Origin: Eutreptiella sp. 'Long Island Sound 2002'
Lineage: Eukaryota > Protista > Euglenida
NCBI GenBank assembly: GCA_964036045.1
Contig: OZ038379.1
Location: 6,448,001 to 6,512,000 of the forward strand
Reading direction: 5' to 3'
Length of the DNA stretch: 64,000 nucleotides
Shown piece by piece: positions 59,741-64,000 of this stretch. Below the pieces are notes generated by a model that saw only the letters and a program-made list of their open reading frames with translations, was not told where the DNA came from and ran no database searches. Position numbers and translations under genes: made by a program. Each line of letters begins with the position of its first letter. Position 1 is the first letter of the stretch.

Positions 59741-61159
59741 ACAACGTGATTTCCTAGAGGCTTCTGAATGGTTGCTATTACTTCCTGGAGGCATCTGGAG
59801 CTTTAGCTGTGGCTTGGTCGCTCCTCTTTTGGCGCCTCCCCTTACCAGCCGCCTCCCTGGCCTCTCCTTACCACACAGCAGGCAACTCAGAAGCTGCAGT
59901 CCAAATTTGGGGAGGTCCAGTGTCTCCCGGCGCCCTGCGGACACCTGGAGGTGCGGTCAGAGAAAAACTCAGAGAAAAATCACTGCACTCACTGGGGCGG
60001 TCAGCTAAACTTAAGCTTAAGGGTGAAACTTGGGGTTGTGGATACTTCCTGGAGGTTTGTGGATCGTTACTGGTTGTGGCTGTGCTGTTGCCTTAATGTC
60101 TTGCTGTAATACCACCCACATTTGTCCTCGTATGTTGCCCCACCAAACGGCTCATGCTGCTGGCCCATAGAAAAACAAAAACAGGCGAACAGGCTGACAC
60201 AGAGAGGGAACAACAAAAGAAACAAGAGCACGGGAAATGTAGTGCTGCGCACTGTAGTGTGTGGTGCGGTGCAGCGTAGTGCGATGCACCTTTCATGACT
60301 GAATGCACATTATAACCATGAACATTATTTTTGTCAACCTTGTTGTCCTCTTCCCTTCACATCTCCTGCTTGTCCCACAATGACTGGGCAGGATGCTGGC
60401 ATAATGGAAACCCACTGTCTGCGGTGTAACTGGCGTTGCCCAGAGTGAAGGGCACATGGATGCTGCCACCCGAGGAGCCTGCTCTGAATGCTCTTGGGGA
60501 AGAGGGCGCTTTGTCGACAGCGGTACTAGTGCGGCTAGAGCACATCGTGGCGGGTCCACACCTGACCTTTTGTGCCCCCTGCTGGGCTCTGATCGAGAGC
60601 GCGCAGTGTGCCATGCATGAAGTTTGCAGAGTGTGTGGTGCAGTGTGCAGAATGCACGACTGCGCAGTGTACAAAGTGCAGTATACAAAGTGCACAGTGT
60701 GTACTGCTGTCCTGTGCTCGTCCTCGTTTGAGCTGCCTGTACACTGTATGTGGTTGGCCCTCCTCAACGGAAAAAGGTGCCAGGTGCCCAATGTGCGCTA
60801 CTGGATGGCATTGGGAACCATACCAACATAAATTCCACTTGCAAAGTCCATGCGTACAGCTTCAGGACAGCATTCAACAGCCGCTGGCAGCCTAAGAACA
60901 TGGCACATGATTGAGGGATGTGGGGGCAGGTTACGGTGGTGTGAGAACAGAAAAACCCGCCCCCCAACAGCTGCTCAATCCGTCTGTCAGCCTTACTCTC
61001 AACACATCTCTAAACAACCAGCCAGTCAGTCCCCAGTCAGACGCCCCCGCGGTCATCCAAGCAACCCGGGGTGGCAGGCAGCCCCACCATGCACCCCCCA
61101 GCAGTCCTTCAGAAGACCCATGCAGTCCTCCAATCAGTGCCCTTTGCGGACCCCCACTC

Positions 61160-61690
61160 AAGACTTGCGACTAGGACCGAGCTGGGTCCTAGTCTTGCAC
61201 AGTACATAGGGAAACGGCGGAAGAAGAACCGCCCTCATTGGAGACGTCTGGTTGACACAGTGGCGATGGTCCTGAACGTGCAGGGAAAAAATGTCCTCAA
61301 AAACTCAATGAACATCCATTTGCAACTATTGGACAGCTCAATCGCTATGGAAGAAGAATGGCCCTCATTGGAGACGCCTACATGACACACCAGTGATCGT
61401 CCTGAACTTTCAGGACGATTGTCCTGAAAACAGGCTGAAAACGGGCTTTTGGACACCAAATGGACCATATACAATGTGCTAGACGGCTCAAAATCACACA
61501 ATACTGGCTTCGGGTGATGCGCATTTGCTCTGCAGTCGTTTCGAGCTACTTCTTTGTCGGTTTTGAGCCACGGTGTCCCAAAGAAAATTTTTCCTCATCT
61601 GTTGCCTCCTGCTGCTGCCTGCTGCTTGCTGCTGCTGCTGCTAAAATACGTTTCTCACCCTGGACCTTAAGAAGGGCTGTAAAACCTCCA
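61160..61690 (+). repeat. Second copy of the dispersed repeat at 38220-38685, with an internal partial duplication
   Basis: Same shared blocks. GAAGAAGAA...CCTCATTGGAGACG occurs twice (about 61220 and 61350). Confidence 0.9.
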
Positions 61691-62804
61691 CTGGGAAACC
61701 CAACTTGGTAATCGGTCACCTATAGAGTCCACCAAACACCGGACAGCCCCACAATGGTCACGGCGGCAGACAACGCCCTGACAGATACACTGTGTGAGGT
61801 AGACACTGAACTATGGAAGTAAACATGTCGTGATGCGTCTGCAGAACACCAGGATGTCACTATGTTTTGGGGAAGTGCTTGCAGGCATCGAGGCAGAATG
61901 CAGGGCCGGAATTGGATTTTGAGTAACAAGCAGATTTTGATGTAGCAGCTCAGGGTGAGGGCCAGGGTGAGGAGGGTGAGGGCGCGGGTGGCTGCGAAGG
62001 CAAGGATGAGTGTAAGGCGGAGCACGAGGGCGACACCATTATTTGTGTTCGCCTCGCATCTTCTCGATGCGAACAAGAGAATCTCGAGAAAATGCAGGGG
62101 CTTGTTCCGACTGAATTGCTTGTGTCGACGGAGGGAGGCGGCCGACATTAGGAAGCCGTTCTTTCGGAGCCCCACGTGGACGACATCAGTGAAGTCCAAG
62201 AAGGCATCCTCGCCGCTTGCATTCTGAGCGGAACGGGATCAGTCGGGGGCATCCCCAAGCCCAGTGCACTAGAGACCTCAGGGGGAGTGCCCCTGAGGCA
62301 GCATGGGGTACACTCCCTGCTGAGTGTACACTCCCTGCTAATACAGTCAAAGCATGCGGTTGAATGTGCAGCCAGGGCAAATGAATAATATGCGTCAATA
62401 AAGGCTGCCTACAGGAGCTGAGTTTAAGCATTGCGCAGCACTGCCACACCTCCTAAGTAGCCGGTACCAAGGTCACCGGCCATTTCTGAAGTGCTGAAAC
62501 GTGGCAAACTGTGAAGACCGTAAATAACTGTAAATAACTGTAAATGACTGTAAAGAATCGTAAATCGCTGTAAAAGCACTTGTACAAAGAACTGTGAAAG
62601 AGCCGTACCAAGGCTGCATATGTTCAGGAATCCTGATTCCCCAACCCTCCGCAACCACCACGTCGACAATGAGCAGCACTGAGTGTATGCCATCCGTTTG
62701 CCCACCGACCATGCATCCGCCTCTTTGCGCGAACACAGAAGCGCACACGCAAACAAGCCAGCGCGCACACATCCGCGTGCCCACGCGGACACGCGCACTT
62801 GTAC

Positions 62805-64000
62805 CTCGACGATGGGCTGAAACACCCCCTTCACATAGCGGCAGCTCTTGTAGAAGGCGCGCAGGTCACGCTTGTCCGCCTCATCTGCGAGCAGCGCCAC
62901 CTCGAACACATCACGGGTCAGCCTGGAGCGTTGCCTTGTTCTCGGGGGCGACTTGTCCTCCTCAGCCTCCTCAGCCTCAGCCTCCTGCGCCTCCGCTACG
63001 GACGGCGGTGGCGGTGACTCCGACCTCGCGGGCCGCGGGCTGCGCGGCAGCGTATCCTCGGGCGCTTCCTCTTCACTTTGTGGATTGCTCGCGGGGCGGA
63101 GCATGGGCCTGTCCCCACTGTCCGACATCACTGACGGCTCTGCATGGGGCAGCAGGGCCTCCACCAGGGCTGCACCACTGCACAGTGCTGGTACACTGCT
63201 GTCCTGTGCCTCGGCGGCCGCCTTGGGTGTCTGCCTCCGCGCGCGACGGGCGGCAGACGCCCCGCGCGCCCCAACCTTGCCCCCACCGCTGCCCAGGGCA
63301 AGTGCGGCGGCGACTTTCCTCACCACCCGCCTGGCACCAGCCCTGGCACTCGTGCTGTGTCGCTCCCGCAGAGCGCGCTTCAATGCACGCTGCACTCGCC
63401 GAACGCACCGTTCAGCCTTGACGGCCCTCTTCCGGTGCTGATCGGCGCTCTTCCGGTGCTGATCGGCGCTCTTCCGGTGCTCCCCCGCGCACTCCGTCCG
63501 CTCCTGCAGCAGCAGGGCGTAGTAGCTGTGCAGCATGTCGGCCAGCACGTCTCGCTTGCAGTCCAGCGACAGCCGCACCCACAGGCTCGGCGCCCCCTCG
63601 TCACGCTCACGCGACAGCCGGAGCCGCGCGGCGGACTCCCGGATCTCCAGCGTCCTGCGCGCCCGGTCCTGCGCCTGCTGCTGCGCCCGCTGCAGCTGCG
63701 CGGCCGCCGCGGCGGCCTCCTGCCGCGACCGCCGGACGTAGTCCCGATGCTCCTCGTCGCGCAGGCGCCGCCAGTGCCCGTCGCCACAATCCTCCAGCTC
63801 GGCCCGGCGGCGGTCCTCGTGCCGCTCGAGGCTGGGGGACACGGGCACGTTCAGGGTCACCCGCCGCTCGCGTGGCGGACTGGCGGGGGCGGCGGGCGGG
63901 GGCCGGAGGGAGGCGGGGGGCCTAGCGGGACGGCGTTTGAGGGCTGGGGGCGGCGGGGCCTTGGGGGGCGGGGCGGCGCGCACAGCGGGAGCGTGAGGGG
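62805..64000 (-). CDS. Large exon of a Pro-rich / coiled-coil protein of unknown function, 5'-truncated by the window edge
   Basis: Frame is open to position 64000, with strongly GC3-biased codons. Contains charged helical segments, tandem HRKSADQ repeats and an acidic linker. Donor GAG|GTACAA at 62805/62804. Confidence 0.8.

Noticed and set aside
61720-62230. Overlapping ORFs in the intron of the right-edge gene
   Set aside because: Low-complexity sequence with stops in the phase-compatible frame and no convincing splice sites.

Overview
Eukaryotic, GC-rich, intron- and transposon-rich genomic window, not prokaryotic. It is probably euglenozoan/euglenid; this is inferred from a trypanosomatid-type adenylate cyclase domain, AG acceptors just upstream of start codons, and a degenerate match to the euglenid spliced leader. 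Seven protein genes or gene-like units were reconstructed by hand, all on the minus strand. (1) A 7-exon, 879-aa protein joining a 7-TM GPCR-like module, an intact class III adenylate cyclase, a dead second cyclase domain and a TPR-like tail (2467-15140). (2) An intronless CinA/PncC-like + NUDT6-type Nudix fusion (19790-21178). (3) A 1022-aa OPR-like/RAP protein (24882-28666) with a mitochondrial-type presequence and 14 near-identical 39-aa repeats; one two-residue position per repeat takes mainly four states (NV/DV/EI/GI), like a TALE code. (4) A disrupted ~124-aa two-repeat gene. (5) A 2-exon MOSC protein with a signal anchor. (6) A 72-aa NQxNPN-repeat microprotein. (7) A 5'-truncated Pro-rich/coiled-coil gene at the right edge. 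The rest is microsatellites, minisatellites, MITEs (one hAT-type with perfect TIRs and an 8-bp TSD) and decayed LINE, Gypsy, DIRS-like and Sola-like remnants. The strongest candidates for new biology are the repeat-coded OPR-RAP putative RNA nuclease and the GPCR-like/cyclase fusion. No database searches were run; family assignments come from recalled motifs, and exon structures need RNA-seq confirmation.
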